Source: Candidatus Poribacteria bacterium
Lineage (GTDB): Bacteria > Poribacteria > WGA-4E > UBA9662
Length of the DNA: 64,000 nucleotides
Assembly (NCBI GenBank): GCA_046582655.1
Contig: JAYGDX010000259.1
Location: forward strand, 1 to 64,000
Reading direction: 5' to 3'
The stretch's first letter is position 1. The number at the start of each line of letters is the position of its first letter. Both the position numbers and the translations under genes were made by a program. This document shows positions 42,105-51,783 of the stretch, one piece after another. The notes beneath the pieces are model-generated. The model saw nothing but the letters and a program-made list of their open reading frames with translations, was not told the DNA's origin and made no database searches.

Positions 42105-42122
42105 AATTTCATAGGATCACCT

Positions 42123-42800
42123 ATGAAAAGCACAATTGTTCTCTTCTGCACAATTTCTCTCCTTACTGGTTTTCTCGGTGGATGGAGGAGTCTAATTAAG
42201 GCAGGGAATAAAAGCTACAAGACTGGCAATTTTACAAAAGCCAAGAAAATATATCAATCTGCGATTGATACCAAGCCGGATGAACCGATATCGAACTATA
42301 ATTTAGGAGTAGCGCTTTATCAGAACAAGGAGTTTGATCAAGCAGAAAAATATTTCCTGAAATCTATAAACCAGCTAACACTGGGAAAACAAAACAAAGC
42401 ATACTACAATCTGGGGAACTCACAGTTTCAAATGGGTAACTTTGAGGATGCCATTCGGTCCTACAAATCAGCTTTACGCAACAATCATGTAGATTTGGAC
42501 TCCAAGCATAATCTTGAGCTCGCGCTTGAAAAATTAGCCCAACAGCAGCGAGATCAAGAATCATCAAACAACCAAGAACAAGCCAATAACGAAAATAAGG
42601 ATGGCAACCAAAACCAACAGCGGCAGAATTCAAAACAGCAACAACAAAATCAGATAGCCCCCGATGTGCAGAAGATGTCGGAAGCAGACGCAATTCGGCT
42701 GTTAGAAGCTCTGAAAAATGATGAGCATGAAATTCGTAGGCAGATTTTACGCCGGCAAATTGCACGGCAGAAACTCCCAAGCTCTGACAAGGATTGGTAA
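42123..42800 (+). CDS. batC: BatC-like TPR protein
   Basis: TPRs, YKSALRNN..D.DSKHNLELA, Q/N-rich linker, A.RLLEAL...KDW end. Confidence 0.8.
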   Translation: MKSTIVLFCTISLLTGFLGGWRSLIKAGNKSYKTGNFTKAKKIYQSAIDTKPDEPISNYNLGVALYQNKEFDQAEKYFLKSINQLTLGKQNKAYYNLGNSQFQMGNFEDAIRSYKSALRNNHVDLDSKHNLELALEKLAQQQRDQESSNNQEQANNENKDGNQNQQRQNSKQQQQNQIAPDVQKMSEADAIRLLEALKNDEHEIRRQILRRQIARQKLPSSDKDW

Positions 42801-44577
42801 GACATTTCTCAGTCAACAACATTCCAGCTTTAGATTTCAGTTATTATGCCTGGTATTTTTCATCTTCAGTTCGTCAGGGTTCGGGCAAAGCACATCTGTA
42901 TCTGCAACTCTTACACCAGAAACGATTGCTGTTGGTCAAAGCGGCACCTTTAAAATCACCGTATCAAGTAACAGGCGATTAGAAGCGATTAAACCTCCAG
43001 AGCTTGGTTCCTTATTGCCTTCCAGTTTTTACGCCTTCTATCTCGGAACGCAGAACCAGTACAATACCATCAACACACAAATGTCTGTGTCGAAAACGTG
43101 GTCTTATTCTGTGATCCCGCAAAAAGAGGGCTCATTTACAATTCCAGATATTGTTTTTCCACTTGATGGTAAAAATTACCAAACGCGGCCGATTACTATC
43201 ACAGTTACGCCGAGGATCCAACCACGAAACCAAACTGATCCTCAAAAACGTACTTGGTCTCGGAATTTATTTAATGATCCTTTTTATGGTGGTACTCAAA
43301 AAGTTGAAGCCAGTATCGACAATCAATCTCCGTATGTTGGAGAGCAAATTACCTATACTTTTCGTTATTTACACACGGCGGTTCTCCCTAGTATCGATTC
43401 TCCCAAGTACCAATCTCCGCCTATGAATCGGTTTTGGAAGTCCCAATTGGGACAACAGGAATCCAAGATAGAAGTCATTAGCGGTACACAGTTTCGGGTG
43501 GCAGAAATTAAAACTGCCCTGTTTCCTATGATGACTGGTAGTATCACAATTGACCCCGCCACACTTTCCTTGCCAACCTCGATTGGACTTAGCAATTGGT
43601 CTACTCCTAGGCAGTTAACGACCGAGGCTATTAAGGTTGATGTACGTCCTCTGCCAGAAACAGGCAAGCCAACTAGCTTTGAAGGTGTAGTTGGGAAATA
43701 CCGAATTACATCAGAAGTGGATCAAGCTAAAGTTAAAGTTGGTGAAGCAATAACGATGCACGTTAGAATTTCTGGTACTGGTAATATTGAAACTCTACCG
43801 GAATTAAAAACACCTGAGATGATTGATCTGACAATTTATGATCCTAAGATCACAGATGTTACACAGGATACAGATGGGAAAATTCAAGGGAGTCGGACCT
43901 ACGAATATGTCATTATTCCATCGAAATCAGGCCGTTTTACAATTCCGGTAATCGAGGTTTTCTATTTTGATCCTGACAAGGAAAAATATGAAATTATGTC
44001 TACTAATCAGATTTTACTACAGATTTTGCCTGGAACTACAATTGAATCTAAGATTACTTGGTCGGATTCATCAACGTCAGCCACCAATGAAATGAACACT
44101 GAAACGGGGCTGTATAAGATTTTCGCTTGGAGTTTTGGTGTTCTATTTATTGGTGTTATAGGCATAATTTACAGAATCAGGGTTTATAACCACCAGCAAA
44201 GTCAGGTAGACCAACCGAAATTGCAGCAACAGAATGCTTATACGAATGTGCTTACAATACTTGATCAAGCCCAATCTTTTACCGACCTCGCAAATGCCAT
44301 CTACAATTACGTTGGTGATAGTTTTGATAATAGCTCGGTTGGACTCAATCCAGAAATTGTAAAACAACAACTGCGTTTGGGAAATGTACCGGAATTGTCT
44401 ATTGATGAAATAGTAAGAATTTTAAGGGAATGTGACATGGCTAGATTTACTCCAATTACTAGTCAGGATAGTGAGCTAAAAACAGCAGTGGAACAAGCGA
44501 AAAATGTACTTGAAAAGATTAAAGAAGAACTAGGTGAGAAAGGGTACGCAAAACATGCTAATAAAGTTTCAAGATAA
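42718..44577 (+). CDS. batD: BatD family protein (start uncertain)
   Basis: PQKEGSFTIP, PYVGEQITYT, VRPLP..GKP.SF.GVVG, ISGTGNI, YFDP, RF.P. Confidence 0.88.
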   Translation: MMSMKFVGRFYAGKLHGRNSQALTRIGKTFLSQQHSSFRFQLLCLVFFIFSSSGFGQSTSVSATLTPETIAVGQSGTFKITVSSNRRLEAIKPPELGSLLPSSFYAFYLGTQNQYNTINTQMSVSKTWSYSVIPQKEGSFTIPDIVFPLDGKNYQTRPITITVTPRIQPRNQTDPQKRTWSRNLFNDPFYGGTQKVEASIDNQSPYVGEQITYTFRYLHTAVLPSIDSPKYQSPPMNRFWKSQLGQQESKIEVISGTQFRVAEIKTALFPMMTGSITIDPATLSLPTSIGLSNWSTPRQLTTEAIKVDVRPLPETGKPTSFEGVVGKYRITSEVDQAKVKVGEAITMHVRISGTGNIETLPELKTPEMIDLTIYDPKITDVTQDTDGKIQGSRTYEYVIIPSKSGRFTIPVIEVFYFDPDKEKYEIMSTNQILLQILPGTTIESKITWSDSSTSATNEMNTETGLYKIFAWSFGVLFIGVIGIIYRIRVYNHQQSQVDQPKLQQQNAYTNVLTILDQAQSFTDLANAIYNYVGDSFDNSSVGLNPEIVKQQLRLGNVPELSIDEIVRILRECDMARFTPITSQDSELKTAVEQAKNVLEKIKEELGEKGYAKHANKVSR

Positions 44578-45067
44578 AGCACCACAAATTGATCAATCCG
44601 TGTATATTGCGGAAGGAGTCAAGATTATTGGCGACGTTACAATCGGGGCTGAAGCCAGTGTCTGGTTTAATTGCGTGTTACGAGCTGATATTGATTACAT
44701 CAGAATTGGTCAACGTACAAATATTCAAGATGGAACAATTATCCACTTGGATCATGGATTTCCTTGTATCATTGGTGACGACGTAACGATTGGTCACCGA
44801 GCAATCATTCACGGTTGCACCATTGACAATGGTGCCATGATATCAATGGGGGCAACCATTCTCACGGATGCGCGAATTGGGAAAAATGCGATTGTTGGTG
44901 CGGGTGCTGTTGTGTTGGAAGGTCAAGAGATACCTCAAGGTTGCGTCGCAGTTGGCATACCAGCTAAGATTAGACGTGAGATAATGGAAGTTGATATTGA
45001 TCGGATTTCCAAAGGAAAAGATGAATACATAAGATTAGCGAAACTGGCAAGGAAAAATCATGATTGA
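44555..45067 (+). CDS. Gamma carbonic anhydrase family (hexapeptide-repeat) protein
   Basis: IIGDVTIG, VLRAD, TNIQDG.IIH, VTIGHRAIIHGC. Confidence 0.93.
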   Translation: MLIKFQDKAPQIDQSVYIAEGVKIIGDVTIGAEASVWFNCVLRADIDYIRIGQRTNIQDGTIIHLDHGFPCIIGDDVTIGHRAIIHGCTIDNGAMISMGATILTDARIGKNAIVGAGAVVLEGQEIPQGCVAVGIPAKIRREIMEVDIDRISKGKDEYIRLAKLARKNHD

Positions 45068-45686
45068 GGACACAAGCATAGGACAACAAGATGTCAAACA
45101 AGTTGGTTTCTTTCTCTATGATGACATGAATCCGCTTGATTTTGCAGGAGCTTTTCAAGTATTTGCCTCAGTCAACCGAATTCGTCCGGGCGTCATGCAA
45201 ACCTTTACCTTTGCGCTGCGGTTACAACCGATAAGGTGTGTGAATGGCCTCATTATTACTCCGGAGAGCACCTTTTTGGACATTATAAAAATTGATCTAA
45301 TGATTGTACCAGGAGGAGAAGGTCGAAAGGTTCCAATGGCAAATCCGATGATTCAGAGGCAACTTAGGAAACTGGCTAACCAGTGTGAATTTGTAGTTGG
45401 TGTTTCTACCGGCACACTAATTCTTGCTGCAGCAGGTATATTACGCGAACGTCAGGCTACAACTCATTGGCTGGCCTTAAAAGAGCTGCAAGAACGAGAC
45501 GATCTCATCCCATATAATTCATCGAAAATCGTACGTGCTGGGCGGATTCTTACTTGTGCTGGCAGCAGCTTAGCAATTGATACATCAATCTATATCATCC
45601 AAGAAACTTATGGGAAACATCTTGCAGACGAAGTTAGATCATTAATCGAACACCAACATGCAGAAGTACCTATGATGGCTTTCTAA
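45060..45686 (+). CDS. DJ-1/PfpI family protein
   Basis: LDFAGAFQVF, IVPGG, VSTGTLILAAAG, ATTHW. Confidence 0.9.
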   Translation: MIEDTSIGQQDVKQVGFFLYDDMNPLDFAGAFQVFASVNRIRPGVMQTFTFALRLQPIRCVNGLIITPESTFLDIIKIDLMIVPGGEGRKVPMANPMIQRQLRKLANQCEFVVGVSTGTLILAAAGILRERQATTHWLALKELQERDDLIPYNSSKIVRAGRILTCAGSSLAIDTSIYIIQETYGKHLADEVRSLIEHQHAEVPMMAF

Positions 45687-45689
45687 TTT

Positions 45690-47090
45690 TTAATCGTCTT
45701 TGTTAATGCGGAGCCATGTCGGAATTTCGATGTCTGTGCCAACGTCGTTCGGCCTATTTTGGTTTGCTTGTTCGCCAGGTTGTCTGGCAGGTTCTTGGGT
45801 ACGCATCATTTCCGGCAGATCGAGAGTTTCAGAAGCTGGTGCCGAAGCAAACTCTCTGTCATCATTGCTCTTTGGCTGATTAGCTTGATCTCTATCGAAT
45901 GATCGGCGGTTGAACCTCGAATCCCTGCGAGAATTTGGTCTGGATCGGTGCGAATCACGCGAATCACGCGAATCACGCGAATCACGCGAATCACGGGAGG
46001 TATGGCGCGACCGATCTGAGAAACGGTTACTCTGACCAAAACGGCCTAAAAACTCACTTGAATCTCTAACATCCGCAGATGTATCTTGGTTGTATGAGCT
46101 GCCATGCTCAAAACCGGTAGCAATAACGGTGATATTGATTTCGTCATCGCTAAGGTTATCGTCATAAGTTAAGCCAAAAATGATGTTATCCGTGTCCGAT
46201 TCTGCAGTAATAACGTCCATGGCATCGTTTAATTCTTGCATGGCCATATGTGATGGTCCTGTCAGGTTAACTATAATGCCAGTTGCTCCAGAAATACTGC
46301 TTTCCTCAAGCAATGGAGAAGATATAGCATTTTGAGCCGCAACTTGAGCACGGCTGTCACCAGCACCTCGGCCAATGCCCATCAACGCGCTTCCTGAATC
46401 TTCCATAACAGTTTGTACATCAGCAAAATCAAGGTTAATTTCACCCGGAATAGTTATCAGGTCAGAAATGCTCTGCACAGCATTCAGTAATACCTCATCT
46501 ACCATACTAAAGGCAGCACGCAAAGCGACATTCTGATCCACGTATTCAATTAAACGCTCATTAGGAATGACAATTACGGAATCGGTGTTCTCGCGAATTT
46601 CCTCCAGTCCCTCTATCGAGTTATCGCCCCGGCGACGACCTTCAAAGTGGAATGGTCGGGTTACAACACCAATTGTTAATGCCCCAGCTTCTCTTGCAAG
46701 TCCTGCAATAATCGGAGCCGCACCGGTCCCTGTCCCACCTCCCATGCCGGCGGTCACAAAAACCATGTCTGCTCCTTCAACAATGGCCTTTAATTTGTCA
46801 CGGTCTTCATCGGCAGCTACGCGGCCCTTCTCAGGATTTGCGCCCGCGCCTAATCCTTGTGTGGTCGTAGCACCAATCTGGACTCGCATAGCGTTATGGC
46901 AGGTTGTTAATGCTTGAAGATCGGTGTTCACTGCATAAAACCCCACTCCAGTCAGGTTGGCTTCAATCATGCGCTTAACCGCATTATTCCCACCACCACC
47001 AACACCAATTACCTTGATCCTCGCAGAACCGATTTGCTCATCTTGTTCCATATCGAAGTCGATCATGCTTGCGTCTAATTTCGGGTCCAT
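45690..47090 (-). CDS. ftsZ: Cell division protein FtsZ (start uncertain)
   Basis: IKVIGVGGGGNNAV, AGMGGGTGTG, INLDFADV, C-terminal IEIPTWLR. Confidence 0.98.
   Translation of the reverse strand: MDPKLDASMIDFDMEQDEQIGSARIKVIGVGGGGNNAVKRMIEANLTGVGFYAVNTDLQALTTCHNAMRVQIGATTTQGLGAGANPEKGRVAADEDRDKLKAIVEGADMVFVTAGMGGGTGTGAAPIIAGLAREAGALTIGVVTRPFHFEGRRRGDNSIEGLEEIRENTDSVIVIPNERLIEYVDQNVALRAAFSMVDEVLLNAVQSISDLITIPGEINLDFADVQTVMEDSGSALMGIGRGAGDSRAQVAAQNAISSPLLEESSISGATGIIVNLTGPSHMAMQELNDAMDVITAESDTDNIIFGLTYDDNLSDDEINITVIATGFEHGSSYNQDTSADVRDSSEFLGRFGQSNRFSDRSRHTSRDSRDSRDSRDSRDSHRSRPNSRRDSRFNRRSFDRDQANQPKSNDDREFASAPASETLDLPEMMRTQEPARQPGEQANQNRPNDVGTDIEIPTWLRINKDD
45951..45995. repeat. 9-bp tandem repeat x5 in the ftsZ linker
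   Basis: (CGAATCACG)5 encoding (RDS)5. Confidence 0.95.
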
Positions 47091-47175
47091 TGTATTTTGG
47101 TCACATCTGGTAACGCACGTAACCAAGCCTCCTATACCTTAATCGTCAACTATCAAAAATTAAGTGAATTCTGTG

Positions 47176-47205
47176 ATTATAAAACAGCAATATTAGTAAA
47201 GTCAA
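47176..47205 (-). promoter_or_regulatory. Putative dedicated ftsZ promoter
   Basis: TTGACT-N18-TATAAT in the ftsA-ftsZ gap. Confidence 0.6.
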
Positions 47206-47235
47206 CAGGTTTTTGAAATGAACTCAGTGGAAGAT

Positions 47236-48477
47236 TTAAAAGTAGTCACTGAACCAGTTTTTCATCTGTGATAGAATTTGATTAAATCGATCTTCTCCCT
47301 TGATGAAAGATTTTCCATCTGCCACATGATGATTTTGTGATCCCAACATTACCAGTCCAACGCCGGTAGCATAAACAGGACTGTTGACTTTATCGATTAA
47401 TCCTTTTAATGGACGTGGATACCCTACCCTGACTGGACATGGAAACACTGGCTCTGCTAACTCAACCATACCATTTATTAGTGAAGTCCCTCCAGTCAGT
47501 ACAAGACCTGCAGGGACTTCAACGCCACTTTTCTTTATCTCTTGGTGTATTAGATTTAGTGTTTCTTCCATACGACATTGGACGATTTCAGCTAGGAATT
47601 CTCTTGGCACAAATTGCGGTCTATGGAGCCCACCAACTGTGGGTATTTGGATCGTCTCATTTGGATCAACCATATCTACCAAGGCACATCCTTTGAGGTG
47701 TTTGAGTTGAATAGCATCATCAGGCGTCATCTTTAACAACTGGGCAATATCATGCGTTAGGTTATCACCACCTATTGATAGTACCTCGGTATGGCGTAAC
47801 GAACCATCCTTATAAACTACAGTATCTGTTGTTCCTCCACCAATGTCAGCTAAAGCTACACCAATCAACTTTTCTTCTGCGTTCAAGACCGATTCTGCAG
47901 AAGCTATGGGCTCCAACACAACAGATTCAACCGCCATGCCCGCGTCATTCACGCATGTTGTAAGGTTCTTAACAGCACCAACTGCTCCAGTAATGATGTG
48001 TACGTAAGCTTCAAGACGAACGCCGGACATACCAATAGGATCTTTAATTCCATCCTGATTATCCACTTTAAAGCGTTGACGTAAGGACATAATCTCTTCT
48101 CTGTCAGCGGGAATAGCAACTGCTTTAGCTGCGTTAATTGCACGGTCAATATCAGATTGCGTGATCTCATGTCCCTCACCTGAAACTGCAACAATTCCGT
48201 GTGATGTTTGTCCCATGATGTGACCACCAGCAATCCCAACGTGGGCGGATCCGATTTGAACTCCAGACATTAACTCAGCGGCGGAAACTGCTTCGCGAAT
48301 TGCTGCCGTCGTCAGTTCCATGTCAACCACGATACCACGTCGTAGCCCTCGAGAGGGAGCAGTACCGACACCGCGAATCTCAATCTTCTCAGGATCTCCT
48401 TGCCAAGTGTTTCCGATGATCACGGCAATTTTGCTTGTTCCAATATCTAGGCCAACAACAATATAATCAGTTGCCAT
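47236..48477 (-). CDS. ftsA: Cell division protein FtsA
   Basis: GLDIGTSK, PIGMSGVRLE, DIGGGTT, VLTGG. Confidence 0.97.
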   Translation of the reverse strand: MATDYIVVGLDIGTSKIAVIIGNTWQGDPEKIEIRGVGTAPSRGLRRGIVVDMELTTAAIREAVSAAELMSGVQIGSAHVGIAGGHIMGQTSHGIVAVSGEGHEITQSDIDRAINAAKAVAIPADREEIMSLRQRFKVDNQDGIKDPIGMSGVRLEAYVHIITGAVGAVKNLTTCVNDAGMAVESVVLEPIASAESVLNAEEKLIGVALADIGGGTTDTVVYKDGSLRHTEVLSIGGDNLTHDIAQLLKMTPDDAIQLKHLKGCALVDMVDPNETIQIPTVGGLHRPQFVPREFLAEIVQCRMEETLNLIHQEIKKSGVEVPAGLVLTGGTSLINGMVELAEPVFPCPVRVGYPRPLKGLIDKVNSPVYATGVGLVMLGSQNHHVADGKSFIKGEDRFNQILSQMKNWFSDYF

Positions 48478-49303
48478 CTTGCTTCTTCTCCATTAAGTAC
48501 ACAGCATCTTCAAATCTAAAATCTAAATACACTCCCATCCGCTTTTTAGCTTGCTTTGCTTGTTTTAGATGTTGGAAAAACAGTTTAAGTCGGTTAACAC
48601 CAATCACAAGCTGATCCGAAGATAATAGAATCAAGGGCATATTTCTCAGCCGAACGCGAATTCGATCCGTTTCACTTGCATCAATAGAATCCAGTTCGGA
48701 AAAGATTTCTTCTGCTCTTTTCTGGATTAGGTCTAAAACTTTTAAGCCAGTTTGAACCTGCTCGGACACTAATTGACTACCCAATTCAGCACTCTTACCG
48801 ATAATTTTTACCAGTGAACTGTGCGAAAGATCGGGCAAATTTAGGTATTCTAGCACATAACCAGACCGGTCGACAATCATAAAAAGCGGTTTTTTTTCAA
48901 TTATACATGGGATTTTGGCAGTTTTTTTCCGTTCTGTAATGTTTATTGATACAGTTTTCAAGAGATAATGTTTTGAAACAACTGCTTCCTTGATATAATT
49001 TAGTTTCTCAATACGTGCTGCAATCTCTTCCTCTGAAACCTGATGAATGAGGTCACGATTTATTTGTAACCCTGAAGAATTAACAATTTTATCTTGCGTA
49101 TAAAGTTCGTTTCCCTGAACAGAGATTTCCTCTAGCTGCAAAATGCTGCTGTTTAGGATTATGCTGTTTACATGTGAAAAAGCAATAATAATTACCAATG
49201 CTAGCCAAATAAGCTGACTGATGTTAGTTTTTTCATAAGTTCGTGTGTCTAAGGACTCGGTAGCCAGCGGTGGAACATATAGTTGTGGAGCATAGATTCT
49301 CAT
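48467..49303 (-). CDS. ftsQ: Cell division protein FtsQ/DivIB
   Basis: TM helix, POTRA domain (ISVQGN...INITER), YLDFRF; between murC and ftsA. Confidence 0.85.
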   Translation of the reverse strand: MRIYAPQLYVPPLATESLDTRTYEKTNISQLIWLALVIIIAFSHVNSIILNSSILQLEEISVQGNELYTQDKIVNSSGLQINRDLIHQVSEEEIAARIEKLNYIKEAVVSKHYLLKTVSINITERKKTAKIPCIIEKKPLFMIVDRSGYVLEYLNLPDLSHSSLVKIIGKSAELGSQLVSEQVQTGLKVLDLIQKRAEEIFSELDSIDASETDRIRVRLRNMPLILLSSDQLVIGVNRLKLFFQHLKQAKQAKKRMGVYLDFRFEDAVYLMEKKQDGN

Positions 49304-50664
49304 TTTTTTAACTGATCCAATAGCTTGTAACCAACTCGCCAGATATCGCCAGCACCCATAGTGATGACGATGTCATTGGGCTGGACAATATCAATTAAAT
49401 GATTAACAATCTGATCTTTCGATGGCATGTACGTTACGTTTTTGTGTCCGTTGGCTTCAATTGCTATAGCCAGTTTCTCCCCAGTCACACCCTCAATCGG
49501 TGCTTCATCTGCAGCGTAAATCGGTGCAACAATGAGAACATCACTCTGACTAAATGACTTTGAAATCTCATCAGTGAGACGACTGACCCGACCGTATCTA
49601 TGTGGTTGGAAGATAGCAATTATGCGTCGATCGTAACTGTCGCGTATACCATTTAAAGCAGCTTTTAGCTTGGTTGGATTGTGGGCATAATCATCAACAA
49701 TGATAATATCTTGAACTTCCCCTAAAATTTCGAAACGCCGATGCACTCCACGAAACTCTTCAAGTGCATCTGTAACTTGGCTGAATGGTAAGTCCATCTG
49801 GAGCCCAGCCGCAATTGCAGCTAATGCATTGGATACATTGTGTTTTCCTGGCATCTTCAAATGAATTTGGCCAAGTAGATCCCCATACGCTAAAACAGAA
49901 AAATGTGACGCTGGTCCATCATGTTTGATGTCTGTTGCCATGACATCAGCCTTTGTCTCGATGCCATAAGTACAGTAACGTCTTTCAATCTGCGGTATTA
50001 TCTGGCGGATATTTACTTGATCTAAACAGACGATCGCCGAACCATAAAATGGAACTTTGTTGATAAAGTTCAGAAACGCCTGGCCTATTTCCTCAACATT
50101 GTTGTAGTAATCCAAATGGTCCGCGTCAATAGATGTGACAACAGCGATAGTCGGGAAGAATTCCTTAATTGACCCATATGCTTCATCTGCTTCAACTACC
50201 ATCAGCTCACTATTTCCAATGCGTGCATGACTTCCCAAACTTACCAGTTTCCCTCCCACAACTACGGTTGGATCTAATTCTTCCAAAACGGCGGCCGTCA
50301 TAGCAGTTGTTGTCGTCTTTCCATGAGTGCCACTAATAGCAATACTAAATTTCATCCGCATAATTTCCGCTAGCATCTCTGCTCCACGAATGATGGGGGT
50401 TTTTTGCTCATGTGCGGCAACAATCTCTGGATTCTCTGGCGGAATAGCGGGAGAGACAACCACAACATCTGCGTTTTGTATCTGTTTGGCAGAATGCTTC
50501 TCATAAATATCCGCTCCAATTTTCATCAAATGGTCTGTTACTTCTGTTGAACGCAGGTCAGATCCAGAGACTTTGAATTCAAGGTTCACTAGTATTTCAG
50601 CAATACCGCTTAAACCTGCGCCACCAATTCCAACTATATGGATGTGTCTTGTTTTTCCAAACAT
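49300..50664 (-). CDS. murC: UDP-N-acetylmuramate--L-alanine ligase
   Basis: HIVGIGGAGLSGIA, GTHGKTTTT, VEADE, DDYAHNP, FQPHRY. Confidence 0.97.
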   Translation of the reverse strand: MFGKTRHIHIVGIGGAGLSGIAEILVNLEFKVSGSDLRSTEVTDHLMKIGADIYEKHSAKQIQNADVVVVSPAIPPENPEIVAAHEQKTPIIRGAEMLAEIMRMKFSIAISGTHGKTTTTAMTAAVLEELDPTVVVGGKLVSLGSHARIGNSELMVVEADEAYGSIKEFFPTIAVVTSIDADHLDYYNNVEEIGQAFLNFINKVPFYGSAIVCLDQVNIRQIIPQIERRYCTYGIETKADVMATDIKHDGPASHFSVLAYGDLLGQIHLKMPGKHNVSNALAAIAAGLQMDLPFSQVTDALEEFRGVHRRFEILGEVQDIIIVDDYAHNPTKLKAALNGIRDSYDRRIIAIFQPHRYGRVSRLTDEISKSFSQSDVLIVAPIYAADEAPIEGVTGEKLAIAIEANGHKNVTYMPSKDQIVNHLIDIVQPNDIVITMGAGDIWRVGYKLLDQLKK

Positions 50665-50677
50665 AATAATATTACAC

Positions 50678-51775
50678 TTACATAAAATTATAAATTGACT
50701 CAGCAATAATTCGCCCTGCGTCAGAATTACCAAGTTTATGGCTTGCTTGGGACATGCTATCCAGCCTTGCCGAATCAGTAATAATATTGATTATACAGTC
50801 TGCTAGTATCTTACCATCTATTTTAAATTGATCTAAAACAATTCCTGCACCTTTATTAGCTATTGTTTTAGCATTAGCTAGTTGATCATTTCCCGCGGCA
50901 TAGGGAAGTGGAATAAATATAGCAGGAATTCCACAAGCGGTAATCTCCGAGACTGTCATCCCCCCAGCACGACATACCATTAGATCTACGATGCTATAAA
51001 TTTCTTCTATTCGATCAAAGTAGGATTGTACCACGCTCTTTACCGATGACTTATCGTATTTACCGACGACAATCTGCAGATCTTGTCTCCCAGTTTGATG
51101 TATCAACTGAAAATGTTGGTTGTGACATTCAAGATATTTCAGTGCCTCGATTATCAGTGAGTTAATTGCCTTAGCACCTTGACTGCCACCCATAACAAAA
51201 ATTGTTTTGAGGCTGGAATCAAGCCCCAACTTCTCGTAAGTATTCAGACTGCGTTTAACAGCTGAGATCGATCGACGTATTGGGTTTCCAGTTAACATGA
51301 CAACATTAGAAGGAAAATACGATGCAGCTGCTTCCAGCGCTAAGTAAGCCATACGAGCCCAGGTTCCCGCTATTCGATTCGTGAGTCCAGGTGAAGCGTT
51401 TTGTTCTTGTAGAAAAGTGGGGATTCGATGGATCCAAGCAGCTAAGAGTACTGGCCCAGAGACATATCCTCCTGTTCCAACAACAGCATCCGGTTGAAGC
51501 TTAGCCAGAAGTTGGAAGGATTTTATAATTCCCAACAACAACTTTGTAATTACTGGGAACCATTTCAATGTCAGCTTTCGTGGAAAACCCGCAATTGAAA
51601 TTGGTAGAAATTGGAACCCATTTTGCGGTACCACTTTCGATTCAAGTTGAGTTGCTCCGCCGATAAAAATAATGTCGATATTTGAATCGATTAGCTGCAA
51701 TTCTTTTGCGATACCTATTGCGGGGTAAACATGTCCACCTGTTCCACCACCAGCAATAACAATTCTTGGGTTCAT
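50678..51775 (-). CDS. murG: Lipid I N-acetylglucosaminyltransferase
   Basis: GGGTGGHVYP, GTGGYVS, EQN, GNPIR, GGSQGA. Confidence 0.97.
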   Translation of the reverse strand: MNPRIVIAGGGTGGHVYPAIGIAKELQLIDSNIDIIFIGGATQLESKVVPQNGFQFLPISIAGFPRKLTLKWFPVITKLLLGIIKSFQLLAKLQPDAVVGTGGYVSGPVLLAAWIHRIPTFLQEQNASPGLTNRIAGTWARMAYLALEAAASYFPSNVVMLTGNPIRRSISAVKRSLNTYEKLGLDSSLKTIFVMGGSQGAKAINSLIIEALKYLECHNQHFQLIHQTGRQDLQIVVGKYDKSSVKSVVQSYFDRIEEIYSIVDLMVCRAGGMTVSEITACGIPAIFIPLPYAAGNDQLANAKTIANKGAGIVLDQFKIDGKILADCIINIITDSARLDSMSQASHKLGNSDAGRIIAESIYNFM

Positions 51776-51783
51776 CAGTTCGT

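Noticed and set aside
42540..42650. AAC-rich stretch as a DGR template repeat
   Set aside because: It encodes the Q/N-rich BatC linker and has no similarity to the FGE C-terminus
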